A stretch of DNA of 64,000 bases, taken from positions 4,154,001 through 4,218,000 of the forward strand of contig OZ059899.1 in NCBI GenBank assembly GCA_964057225.1, in the 5' to 3' direction. Origin of the DNA: Auanema rhodensis (Eukaryota > Animalia > Nematoda). The position numbers and the translations under genes were made by a program. The notes beneath the pieces are model-generated. The model was not told the origin of the DNA. It made no database searches and saw only the letters and a program-made list of their open reading frames with translations. Positions 28,842 through 37,602 of this stretch are shown piece by piece. Numbering within the stretch: the stretch's first letter is position 1; every line of letters starts with the position of its first letter.

Positions 28842-31800
28842 TCAAGAAATTGTGATAACCGGAATAGATGTTGTCCGTTGGTAAGGTTTGACGAAGTCCT
28901 TGTGTACTCTTCTGCTTTTTCCTTTATCTGTTTGAACCACGACGAAAGATCTTTGAACTGCTGTAACTAAATAAGGCCCTTCGAATGAAGGTGTTAGTTT
29001 GTTTCGAGTAGAATTCACTTTTATCATAACTAAGTCATTAACCTGAATTTCTTTATTTTGTGTTCTATTTCGTGTATTGTACCGTTGTTCATTCTTCTTT
29101 GTGCATGTTTCAATTCTATCTTTTACTATATTAGATGTGCTTTCATTTTGTATTAGCGATCTATTGACAAAATCTTCTGTAGGATTGGCTGGTTCTTCAG
29201 TTTGAAGATTATTTCCAGGCAATTGATGGTCAATAGGAAGTCTTGCATCCCGACCAAATAATACAACATATGGACTAATAGATGTTGATGAGTTTGGTAA
29301 CGTATTGATCGCAAACATAACTTTAGGTAGGTGTATATCCCAGTTAGTTTGTTGTTCATTCACGAATGAAGAGAGAGCTTCTTCTAAAGTTCTATGAAGT
29401 CTCTCAACTTGTCCATTAGCATTTTTATGATATGGTAGCGTAGTAGTGTGTTTAATTCCAAATTGTTTACACATAGCTTGAAATTCAGATGACAAAAAAC
29501 TACTACCATTATCGGTTATCATACTCATTGGTGGTCCATATATGAAAACAAATCTAATCACAAACGCTTTTGTGATTTCAGTAGCTGTTTGTGTTATTAA
29601 TGGGCAAGTTGTTCCCCATTTACTAAAAGCGTCTTGAATACTCAAGATGTATCGATGTCCATCATTAGTGCGAGGTAAAGGACCTAGTATATCTACATGA
29701 ATACGATCAAATGGCTTTTCGGGTATAACAAATCTTCCCATAGGTTGAATATACGATTGGTGTGGGTTAGATTTCCTACTTGCACATTTTGTACAACGAT
29801 TAATAAATTCAGTTATTTGTGGAACCATATTAGTCCAAAAGAATCGTCGTCGAATCGCATCAGTAGTTTTATTTATACCTAGGTGTGCACCAATTTTGGA
29901 ATCTTCATGAAAAAACTTGATAACAACATCAGTTATTTTGTCGTTACGAGGCAAAATAATAGATCGTTTCAAATAATTTTTCGCTTGTTTTGCATGTAAT
30001 ATGCCTTCTCGTTCTTCATACCGGTCTGATATATTAGCCGGACAGTTATCATTATTAATTTGAGAAAGTGCTTCGCGAATCCAGGGAACTCCAGCTTGAA
30101 CTTTCCGTATTTCTTCACAATTTAGTTGGTCAATAGAAGAAATAGTTGTGATATGAGCAATAAAAGCATCAACAGGTTTTACTTTGTCCTTTGGTTTAGT
30201 AGGACGACTGTCATTTGCTTCGTTTCCTATATACCTGGAGAGAGCATCACAGACACTGTTTAATTTGCCAGGACGATATTCAATCTTTATGTTGAAATCT
30301 TGTATCATTAGTTGATACTTGGCTAATCTACCTATGAGATCTTTACGCGACATTAAACTGGTTAATGGTCGGTGATCTGTGATAACTATGGTAGGTACTC
30401 CTAATACATAGGTACGGAATTGTTGAAGAGCAAAGACTAAACCGAGTGCTTCAACTTCAATAGGAGGATATTTCCGTTCCGCTGGAGTCAACTTTCTACT
30501 AGCGAACGCAATCGGGTGTAATGGAGAATTTTTCTCTGCTGATTGCAATAAAACTGCTCCCACAGCGATCATACTGCCATCACTTTCTATAACAAAAGGT
30601 TGGTCTGCTTTAGGAGGTTTCAGTACAGGGGCAGTACACAGTAATGTTTTTAAAGTTTCAAATGCGTCTGCATGTTCCGATTTCCACTCAAAAGGAGTAT
30701 CCTTATGTGTTAACTTATACAATGGCTCAGCTATTCCGGCATAATTTTGAATAAACCGTCGAAAATAGTTAGTCATACCTAGAAAGGATCTGACAGCCGT
30801 AACTGTGCTTGGATTTGGAAATTCGGAAACAGCCTGTATTTTAGCAGGATCTGGTTTAACACCATTTCTACCTATTATAAAACCCAAAAACTTTACTTCA
30901 GTGGCTGCAAAGCAACATTTAGATAACTTAATTTTTAACCCTAGTTCAGTGACCTTTTTCAGCACTTCTTGTATATCTCTTAAATGTTCTTCAGCTGAGT
31001 TCGAAATTATTAGCAAATCATCTAGATATACAAACAGTTTGCATCTAACAAGAGATTGCAAGTATCGTACTGCGGATTGAAAAGTGTGTGGCGCTCCACA
31101 CAATCCCATAGGCATTCGGCAATACTGATAGGTACCTGATGGAGTGGTAAAAGCAGTTAGGTGTCTATCTGAGCGTTTCAACGGTATTTGGAAGAAACCA
31201 GAAATGAGATCAAAATTCGAAAAGAACTGAGCTCCAGCCGCTACGTCTATGATATCAGGAATGTGTGGGATGCTGTATGTTTGTTTCTTAGTAACACTAT
31301 TCAATGCTCTAAAGTCAGTAACGAACCGGAAAGAATTATCTTTCTTTTTCACAAGAACAACCGGACTAGTGAAAGTAGCCGTCGAATTTTCGATTATACC
31401 TTGCGACAACATTTCTTTCACTTGCCGTTCTACTTCTTCTTGCTTACCCAATGGTACTCTGTAAGATCTACTTTTTGGAAAATCCATATCGGATCTTATA
31501 GGAATGGCATGTTCAACTGGTCCGCAAAAGAGACCAATATTATGATCATGGTTGAAAAATGCCGTTTGGTTTTCCTTAATGATTGTGATCAGATTTTTCT
31601 TCATTTTATGGGACAGAGTGCAAGAATTGAAGTTCAAATCATCCAAAAGATGCTGAGGAAAAGTTGGTAACTTATCTTCCCAATCAGCTTCAGGTGGAAC
31701 ATAATCGTTCATAATTTCTTTAGATGCTATAAGTCCTGAACCAATGTGGTCATTTTTATTAATTTTAATTGGCTTTGAAGAATTGTTTGATACTACCATA

Positions 31801-34800
31801 GTAATAGGAAAAGGTCCTATGGCGGCATCTGGAATTGAGATAGGACCTGTGCTAGATTTTAAAAGAGCATATTGATCAAAATCTAATTCTGGTCCTGTTT
31901 GCAAAGATATGTGGGAGGTACTATGTGGTGGAACTGTTACTGTGGACAAACTTATGATATTTACTGTTTTAGTTGTGGTTTTATATGCAAAACAACCAGG
32001 TTTTACTAAGGGTGTTTCCATATTACCAACAATCAACTTTCCTTTACATAGTTTTAATGTAGTAAATATCTCTCTTTCTTCCAACGTACGCATAAAATCA
32101 GTACCAAGTAACATTTGTCCTGGACAGTCATTGTCTTCAGATATTAAAAATTCGTGTTCCACTTGGTAACCTGCTATACCCACATCTAACTTGCATTTTC
32201 CCACAAAGCGAAACTCTGATCCATTTGCAGTGGATGCAGATTTAGAATATTTTGTAAAATATTGTCTTCCAATATATGCCAATGTGGAGAACGGAATATA
32301 TGAGACAGTAGCTCCAGAATCCCATAATGCTAACAGTCCTCTACCTTCAATGTCAATATGAACAAACGGTAACAAGTGTCCATTTTTCTTTGTTGTTGTG
32401 TGACATACAAAAGGTATGGCTAAAGGAATGTAAGTTATGATGGTGGGAAAATAGCTCCGCATCAATTCATCACTAACTGTTTCATGAATCTCATCTCCCT
32501 CAAGTGGTGGAGCTGTTGGGCTCAACATGATATGGTTTATTTTTAACATAGAAGTAGGGGAGAGATAACATTTTATAGTGAAATATAATGCTATCATTAG
32601 ACATAATATCAGAGTTATACAACCGATGGTAATGAGTGTTCGTTCAATTGAACCTATACAAAAGTCAATGAACAGATCCCAATTGGAGAAAACAATTTTC
32701 CTGGCATCTCTTATAAGTTTACTTCCTTTCAAGATGAAAGAGGAAATTTGAGGCCAATCATGTGAACGAGAAATTACGCGGAGAAGATCATGGTGAGGGG
32801 AAGTAGATAAACTATAACCATAAGTTAATCCAATAGATAGGGCTAAGGATTTTTCAGTCGAATTTTCAAACAAATTCCGCCCTGTGAATCGAAGTTTACT
32901 CAATTCAGCATAATGATCATGTTTTTCTGAATGAATACTATCTACTTTATGTGTGTCACCTTTATAATCTCTCCATGTTCCATTTTCATACCAAATCTCT
33001 GTCTCTTTGTGTTCACAATTGATCTCATGTCCTTCAGTGCTCAAATCGTAGCTATCGATAGGAGCAAAGAATAATTGTTTATCGTGTGTTAAAACAGGGG
33101 TCTCTGCGTAACATTTATCATTGTAAGAATGATTACGATAAATGAAATGTGGTTCTATTTCCTGACAAGTTGTTATTTTTAAAACATTTCTTCCAACAAA
33201 TCGGGCAACGATATCATCCCGCTGAAGCATAGCTCTTACTCCTATTGTAGGATGTATACGTAATATAGCTTGCCAGCTTTTTACAGTTTCCATTTGAGAT
33301 TTACAGATGGTATGAAACTGTTGATGAAATTCGTCAATTATGGAGAGACGCGCTTTCTCAAACCCATAATTCAACTTATTATCTATTATCGTTTTAGTTT
33401 TATGCTCTGATTTGTGGAGAACATTGTCATATACTTCTGCTACATACAACTCTCGACCTCTCTCGTACGCATTAGGGGTAGGAGTTGTTAAACTACGAAT
33501 TGTAGTTTTGGTGGCAGTTATTGGGGTTACAGTAGTATGATGTACCATATTTTTATCAGTTGTAATTTGAGTTTTAACCCAACTTATAAATTCTAAAACT
33601 TCTGTTTTATTGAATTTAGGATTTTCCTGTGGGTATTCGATGGACTGTGGAGGAAATCCATAATATGCTGTACTATTCTTTGTATAAAGGTTGTGATAGT
33701 CAGGCAGCTTGGATATAATTGCTAAATCTTGCTCTTGGTTGTTTCTAACAGTAGCATCAGCTTTTTGTTGTCGACTGACTTGCATGTCACGAGATATTTG
33801 TTCTTTTCCCGATTGTTGTTGGATCATGAATAACATGCCTTGAGCAGTTGCAATAATTTCAGATTGATTCATATTTCCACTGCGTGGTAATATAGATGGA
33901 TATAAGGCTCTTGCCAACTGTTCAATTGATGGAACTGTTTGTGTACCATCAAGAATTGTGGCTTGATATACTACTGCGTGAGCCATTCCTCGAAAGAAAT
34001 CTTCTATGGATGTTGTAGATTTCATCAAAGATCTTTTTAACCGAGGAACTTCTATACGACGAGCTACTTGAGTGATAAGATCATCCAATTTCATGCTATT
34101 AATCATCTGTCTAGTAGCCAGTTTAATTTCCTCTATACCCATACATTGTAAAATCAAAAGATTGGGATCTTTGAAATTATTAGACTTCGCCCAGTTAGTT
34201 ATGTGATCTTTTGTCAATCCTAAACTAACAATTGTGTCAATGAACAGTGGATTATCTATCGCGAATTGGAGCAAACTCTCATAAGATGATGTAGCTGCAT
34301 ATCTCATATATTTTGCGTAAAACTTAGTGATAGATGCAGATCCAAAAATGAAAGTAGGTCTTAGAAATGGAAACGCATATGGTTGGGATTTCGCATTAAC
34401 AAAAAGATAATCATCACTGAAAGACCGATGTTTTTGAGGTAATGCATTACGTTTATTTCTGCGTCTATCAGCATTAAGCAAAGTATTGGAAAGATCAAGC
34501 AAATTATAAACACGGGGATGTGCTGTGAATCGGATAATTGCCTCAGAAGATGATTCAAAAACAGCGAATTCGAAACAAGATTGAACGTGAGCGGATGTGG
34601 AATGATTTTGGAGAACAAAAGCGCTTTCAATAGAGTGAACTAGAAGAATATGATCACCCAACATGGCGGAGAAGGGGCCAAGTTTTTGATAGTGACAGAC
34701 AACTGATGGGATAGGTGGTTGCCAGATAACTGCACCTTCACCAGTTGCACAAAACCCTTCATTTCCTTTACAATTATCAGTATTTATAAATAAGTCTGAT

Positions 34801-35636
34801 ACAATGTGATCTTCTTTCAATCTAGTTATTATCCCTCGTTTCAATACAAATTGTTCAATTTCTACACATTCTTCAGTGGACCAAGAGCGAGTTGGATTAT
34901 GCTCGTTTAATGGTGTTTCAAAAACTGAATGCTGTTGGGCATTTATGATTTTATCATTCCACATACGATTTCTATGTGCTCGAACACAATCTTTCTTATC
35001 TACTGTTTCAATATGAGAGAATGTGGTGTTACGATCTCTCAAAAACATGAAATCTCTCACACAGCTTTTATACTTTTTCACATAGCATTTCCATGCTTCC
35101 CATGACTCTATCTCAGCCTTTGGTAGATATATTTCTACCTCAACACTGTGAGCCTTTTCAATTTCTGCCTTATGGCAGCCTGTGACCACAGGAGGTGTTA
35201 CTAATATACCCCCTTCAGATTGAGCGCAAATCTGATATTTTGCCGACCCAAAGGGAAGGCATGAGAGTGCCAATAAAGTCAGGCACAACGTGACCGGTGG
35301 CATGAATGGGGTCGCTACGCTGTATACCCTTGAGTTACCATTCCCATTGGCTGATGGTCTTTGTCTTCTTGGGGAACTAGGCCTAGGGTTCCAAGACGAG
35401 CTATTGGCATTTCTGCCATTCGCAAATGGGCGGTTTCCCGGGTTAGGACGCCTATTCATATTCCCGTTCTGCGAGTTATTATTCTTATAACGTACGGCAG
35501 AAGGTCGCTCTCTCTCTCGCTCATAATCATTAGAGCCATTATTGTGCTGAGTCCAGTTATTATTTTTTTTTATTATTTTTATTATTTTTATAATTTTTAT
35601 TATTATTATTATTCCTACTTCTTTCTCTTTCTTCAC
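28842..35636 (-). CDS. env-pol: Env-Pol polyprotein ORF (2264 codons): basic N/R-rich segment, signal peptide, glycoprotein, TM, protease, RT, RNase H, integrase
   Basis: Uninterrupted ORF. The listed start is GTG inside the gag overlap, so it is probably entered from gag or from an internal ATG such as 35303. Confidence 0.93.
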   Translation of the reverse strand: MKKEKEVGIIIIIKIIKIIKIIKKNNNWTQHNNGSNDYERERERPSAVRYKNNNSQNGNMNRRPNPGNRPFANGRNANSSSWNPRPSSPRRQRPSANGNGNSRVYSVATPFMPPVTLCLTLLALSCLPFGSAKYQICAQSEGGILVTPPVVTGCHKAEIEKAHSVEVEIYLPKAEIESWEAWKCYVKKYKSCVRDFMFLRDRNTTFSHIETVDKKDCVRAHRNRMWNDKIINAQQHSVFETPLNEHNPTRSWSTEECVEIEQFVLKRGIITRLKEDHIVSDLFINTDNCKGNEGFCATGEGAVIWQPPIPSVVCHYQKLGPFSAMLGDHILLVHSIESAFVLQNHSTSAHVQSCFEFAVFESSSEAIIRFTAHPRVYNLLDLSNTLLNADRRRNKRNALPQKHRSFSDDYLFVNAKSQPYAFPFLRPTFIFGSASITKFYAKYMRYAATSSYESLLQFAIDNPLFIDTIVSLGLTKDHITNWAKSNNFKDPNLLILQCMGIEEIKLATRQMINSMKLDDLITQVARRIEVPRLKRSLMKSTTSIEDFFRGMAHAVVYQATILDGTQTVPSIEQLARALYPSILPRSGNMNQSEIIATAQGMLFMIQQQSGKEQISRDMQVSRQQKADATVRNNQEQDLAIISKLPDYHNLYTKNSTAYYGFPPQSIEYPQENPKFNKTEVLEFISWVKTQITTDKNMVHHTTVTPITATKTTIRSLTTPTPNAYERGRELYVAEVYDNVLHKSEHKTKTIIDNKLNYGFEKARLSIIDEFHQQFHTICKSQMETVKSWQAILRIHPTIGVRAMLQRDDIVARFVGRNVLKITTCQEIEPHFIYRNHSYNDKCYAETPVLTHDKQLFFAPIDSYDLSTEGHEINCEHKETEIWYENGTWRDYKGDTHKVDSIHSEKHDHYAELSKLRFTGRNLFENSTEKSLALSIGLTYGYSLSTSPHHDLLRVISRSHDWPQISSFILKGSKLIRDARKIVFSNWDLFIDFCIGSIERTLITIGCITLILCLMIALYFTIKCYLSPTSMLKINHIMLSPTAPPLEGDEIHETVSDELMRSYFPTIITYIPLAIPFVCHTTTKKNGHLLPFVHIDIEGRGLLALWDSGATVSYIPFSTLAYIGRQYFTKYSKSASTANGSEFRFVGKCKLDVGIAGYQVEHEFLISEDNDCPGQMLLGTDFMRTLEEREIFTTLKLCKGKLIVGNMETPLVKPGCFAYKTTTKTVNIISLSTVTVPPHSTSHISLQTGPELDFDQYALLKSSTGPISIPDAAIGPFPITMVVSNNSSKPIKINKNDHIGSGLIASKEIMNDYVPPEADWEDKLPTFPQHLLDDLNFNSCTLSHKMKKNLITIIKENQTAFFNHDHNIGLFCGPVEHAIPIRSDMDFPKSRSYRVPLGKQEEVERQVKEMLSQGIIENSTATFTSPVVLVKKKDNSFRFVTDFRALNSVTKKQTYSIPHIPDIIDVAAGAQFFSNFDLISGFFQIPLKRSDRHLTAFTTPSGTYQYCRMPMGLCGAPHTFQSAVRYLQSLVRCKLFVYLDDLLIISNSAEEHLRDIQEVLKKVTELGLKIKLSKCCFAATEVKFLGFIIGRNGVKPDPAKIQAVSEFPNPSTVTAVRSFLGMTNYFRRFIQNYAGIAEPLYKLTHKDTPFEWKSEHADAFETLKTLLCTAPVLKPPKADQPFVIESDGSMIAVGAVLLQSAEKNSPLHPIAFASRKLTPAERKYPPIEVEALGLVFALQQFRTYVLGVPTIVITDHRPLTSLMSRKDLIGRLAKYQLMIQDFNIKIEYRPGKLNSVCDALSRYIGNEANDSRPTKPKDKVKPVDAFIAHITTISSIDQLNCEEIRKVQAGVPWIREALSQINNDNCPANISDRYEEREGILHAKQAKNYLKRSIILPRNDKITDVVIKFFHEDSKIGAHLGINKTTDAIRRRFFWTNMVPQITEFINRCTKCASRKSNPHQSYIQPMGRFVIPEKPFDRIHVDILGPLPRTNDGHRYILSIQDAFSKWGTTCPLITQTATEITKAFVIRFVFIYGPPMSMITDNGSSFLSSEFQAMCKQFGIKHTTTLPYHKNANGQVERLHRTLEEALSSFVNEQQTNWDIHLPKVMFAINTLPNSSTSISPYVVLFGRDARLPIDHQLPGNNLQTEEPANPTEDFVNRSLIQNESTSNIVKDRIETCTKKNEQRYNTRNRTQNKEIQVNDLVMIKVNSTRNKLTPSFEGPYLVTAVQRSFVVVQTDKGKSRRVHKDFVKPYQRTTSIPVITIS
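28870..29915 (-). other. Integrase (HHCC, DDE core, GPY/F module)
   Basis: H...H / CTKC zinc finger, HVDILGP, ITDNGSSF, NGQVERLHR, FEGPY. No chromodomain is evident. Confidence 0.95.
30235..30600 (-). other. RNase H domain
   Basis: ESDGS..AVGAVL, AFASRKL..AE..Y...E.EAL, TDHRPL, N.VCDALSR. Confidence 0.94.
30860..31590 (-). other. Reverse transcriptase domain
   Basis: SPVVLVKKKD..RFVTDFRALN, DLISGFFQI, TAFTTP.G.YQY.RMPMGL, YLDD, KFLG. Boundaries are approximate. Confidence 0.96.
32070..32370 (-). other. Aspartic protease domain
   Basis: ALWDSGATVSYI catalytic motif, TANG flap, MLLGTDF terminal motif. Boundaries are approximate. Confidence 0.92.
32575..35303 (-). other. env: Envelope glycoprotein domain, herpes gB-like class III fusogen (within the long ORF)
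   Basis: Signal MPPVTLCLTLLALSCLPFGSA, Cys-rich ectodomain with N-glycosylation sequons, RRRNKR and RLKR sites, gB-like segment KLNYGFEK...ICKSQ...HPTIG...ARFVG..VLKITTC...CYAETPV...EINC, and TM TLITIGCITLILCLMIALYFTI. The family call was made by eye. Confidence 0.82.
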
Positions 35637-36450
35637 TAAAGCTTAATTTATGTTGTAAAGCATTTATGAGCTCCTTCAAGGTGCTGGTGTCTTCATTTCT
35701 TTTCATGAAGCTATTCCGAACGCCTTCTTCAAACCTAGCTAATTTCTTAGCTTGTTCATAAGTGGCGGGGTTTTTAGTTAAAACCGCAATACCCAGTTCC
35801 TCTTTTAAACCATTTAAAAATGCCGTTTTCAACATTGGTTCCCGCTCGGGATCCATTGGTGACATTATGGTGCTTGCCATTCTCTCTAATTCCATACTAA
35901 AATCAAGAACAGATTTATCTCCTTGTTGTACTCGATGAATAAGCGCTATGGTGAAATTTTTATCTGTTTTAGGCGCTAAAAGCTCAGTGAGCTGATCCAT
36001 CAAAACAATCCATGGGCCATTAGTTCTTATGCCACTAGGAATACTATTATACAAGGAGAGAGCTGTTTCATTTGATTCCAAAAGAAGAGGCAAAATTAAT
36101 AGTCTCTCAGGTAAGCTTAGATTCATAACATTAAAAAATCTATTTAAAGATTCAACAAAAGAACGAAAGCTACGAGAGCCGTCATACCTGGGACAGAGAT
36201 GGCAATTCAAAATAGTTGCCATATTTCTAGAGGGTGGAGCAACATTAGAATTAGGAGATGGAGAGGTAGGAGTCATTTTTCTTTCAAAAGCTTTAGTTAT
36301 AGCAGCGGCCCACCGACTTGGTGATCTATTTCGTACTATAGTAGGTGCCCGAGGTGTTTCCTCAGTGATGGCCTTTCTGCTTTTACTTCTCGTTCTAATT
36401 GTTAGAGAAGAAGAGTGAGAAGAAGAAGAGGAATCACCTTCTTCTCTCAA
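35560..36450 (-). CDS. gag: Gag (capsid) ORF. The listed start is TTG; the first in-frame ATG is at 36276
   Basis: Position 5' of pol and retrotransposon capsid-like motifs (PRYDG...F..FV, QQGDKSVLDF..EL, AFLNGL...L, P.TYEQA..LA). No CCHC knuckle is seen. Confidence 0.88.
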   Translation of the reverse strand: MREEGDSSSSSHSSSLTIRTRSKSRKAITEETPRAPTIVRNRSPSRWAAAITKAFERKMTPTSPSPNSNVAPPSRNMATILNCHLCPRYDGSRSFRSFVESLNRFFNVMNLSLPERLLILPLLLESNETALSLYNSIPSGIRTNGPWIVLMDQLTELLAPKTDKNFTIALIHRVQQGDKSVLDFSMELERMASTIMSPMDPEREPMLKTAFLNGLKEELGIAVLTKNPATYEQAKKLARFEEGVRNSFMKRNEDTSTLKELINALQHKLSFSEERERSRNNNNNKNYKNNKNNKKK

Positions 36451-37589
36451 AAATTCAAAAGGAGAGAGGTAGGTGGATGGAGTATTTAAGTTTTTAGAAT
36501 TAAATTCAAAAACTTGGCGTACCTCTGGTGATCCTTGTTCCTGATCTTTGTTTTCCTCGCTGATGTCCGAGTCCGACAGGGTGGCTGGTGAATACAGTTA
36601 GATGAATATAAGAGCGCGTACTGGAAGCAACTAGACTCCAGTAAAAACGTTTGTGACAATGGCGTCTGATGAAGGAGGATCGTTGAAGCTTCAAGCTCCG
36701 CCTCCAGCCATGTGTCACGACACCAGATGTTAGCGCTTATGGTAAACAACCATTGACCGTCTGTCGTGATATTTGAATATTATAATCACTTATGTCAGCT
36801 TAGAGACAAATAAGGAATCACAGATGGTGCCTTAAGCCTGTTTGAAAACTTTTGAATTTTAACAGCTGTTATTGACTACACATGTCGAACAGCTGGTACG
36901 CGTGGGCCAACTATTTGAATGTGAGTAAGCTTAAAGTAAACAAAAATGTCTCATCTCGTATATTAAGTTCAATTTTATAAAGTTTATTAAGATTTGTAGA
37001 AAGAATTTCAAAATAAATCTTAATTAAGATAATTTTTAATTTAATTTCAAAAGATTTAGAAGGTAATTTAAGATTGATATAGGAATTCAAATTCAGTAAT
37101 CTGTCAATAATATAGGAAAAAGGAAACGTTGGCAGACGTAGAGTGGACTTGGGTGGGTAGGAATTTAAATATTCTTATTATCTCTGAACTAATAAGAAAA
37201 GAGTTAACAGGAGTAGAACCCTGATGAACCCTTGGATGTGAATCAAAATCAAAAATCGTAAATAAAATTATCCCAACAGCCTCCAGCTTCCAAACAACTC
37301 AGCTAAAAAGTGAGCTCTGTTGCCACACTGGACATTCACATCATAAAGTAATGAATCAAAATAGCACGCGCGTGCATAACAAAAAGGTAACGCTCGTCAA
37401 AACTATTGTCTGATAGTTTCCCCAAACGTCTCAGACACCTCCCAGTTTTTGTTGAGCGGAGGAGAAGTGGTAGCCAAAATAATTTTTGGGGAAATCATGG
37501 TGCACGGCTCGGTTACTCCTCACTGTTGGGTAATTAAGTCCAAAAGTCTCGTAAACTTCATGTCAATAAATTAACAGTAAAGTAAGCAA

Positions 37590-37602
37590 GGTGGAACCTC
37601 CA
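37590..37602 (-). promoter_or_regulatory. Primer-binding site complementary to the 3' end of tRNA-Gln
   Basis: TGGAGGTTCCACC lies immediately after the 5' LTR. Its complement GGTGGAACCT-CCA is the 3' end of eukaryotic tRNA-Gln as I recall it (not searched). Confidence 0.85.

Noticed and set aside
31730-31985. Possible dUTPase between protease and RT
   Set aside because: The spacer is beta-rich, but the conserved dUTPase catalytic motifs are not visible. At most it is a degenerate fold.
29153-36418. Short antisense or alternate-frame ORFs overlapping gag and env-pol
   Set aside because: They are shadows of the long ORFs, mostly with non-ATG starts and no motifs.
37590-37602. Idea that the element is primed by the tRNA-Ala of the array it sits in
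   Set aside because: The PBS would need to read TGGTGGAGAT...; it reads TGGAGGTTCCACC, matching tRNA-Gln.
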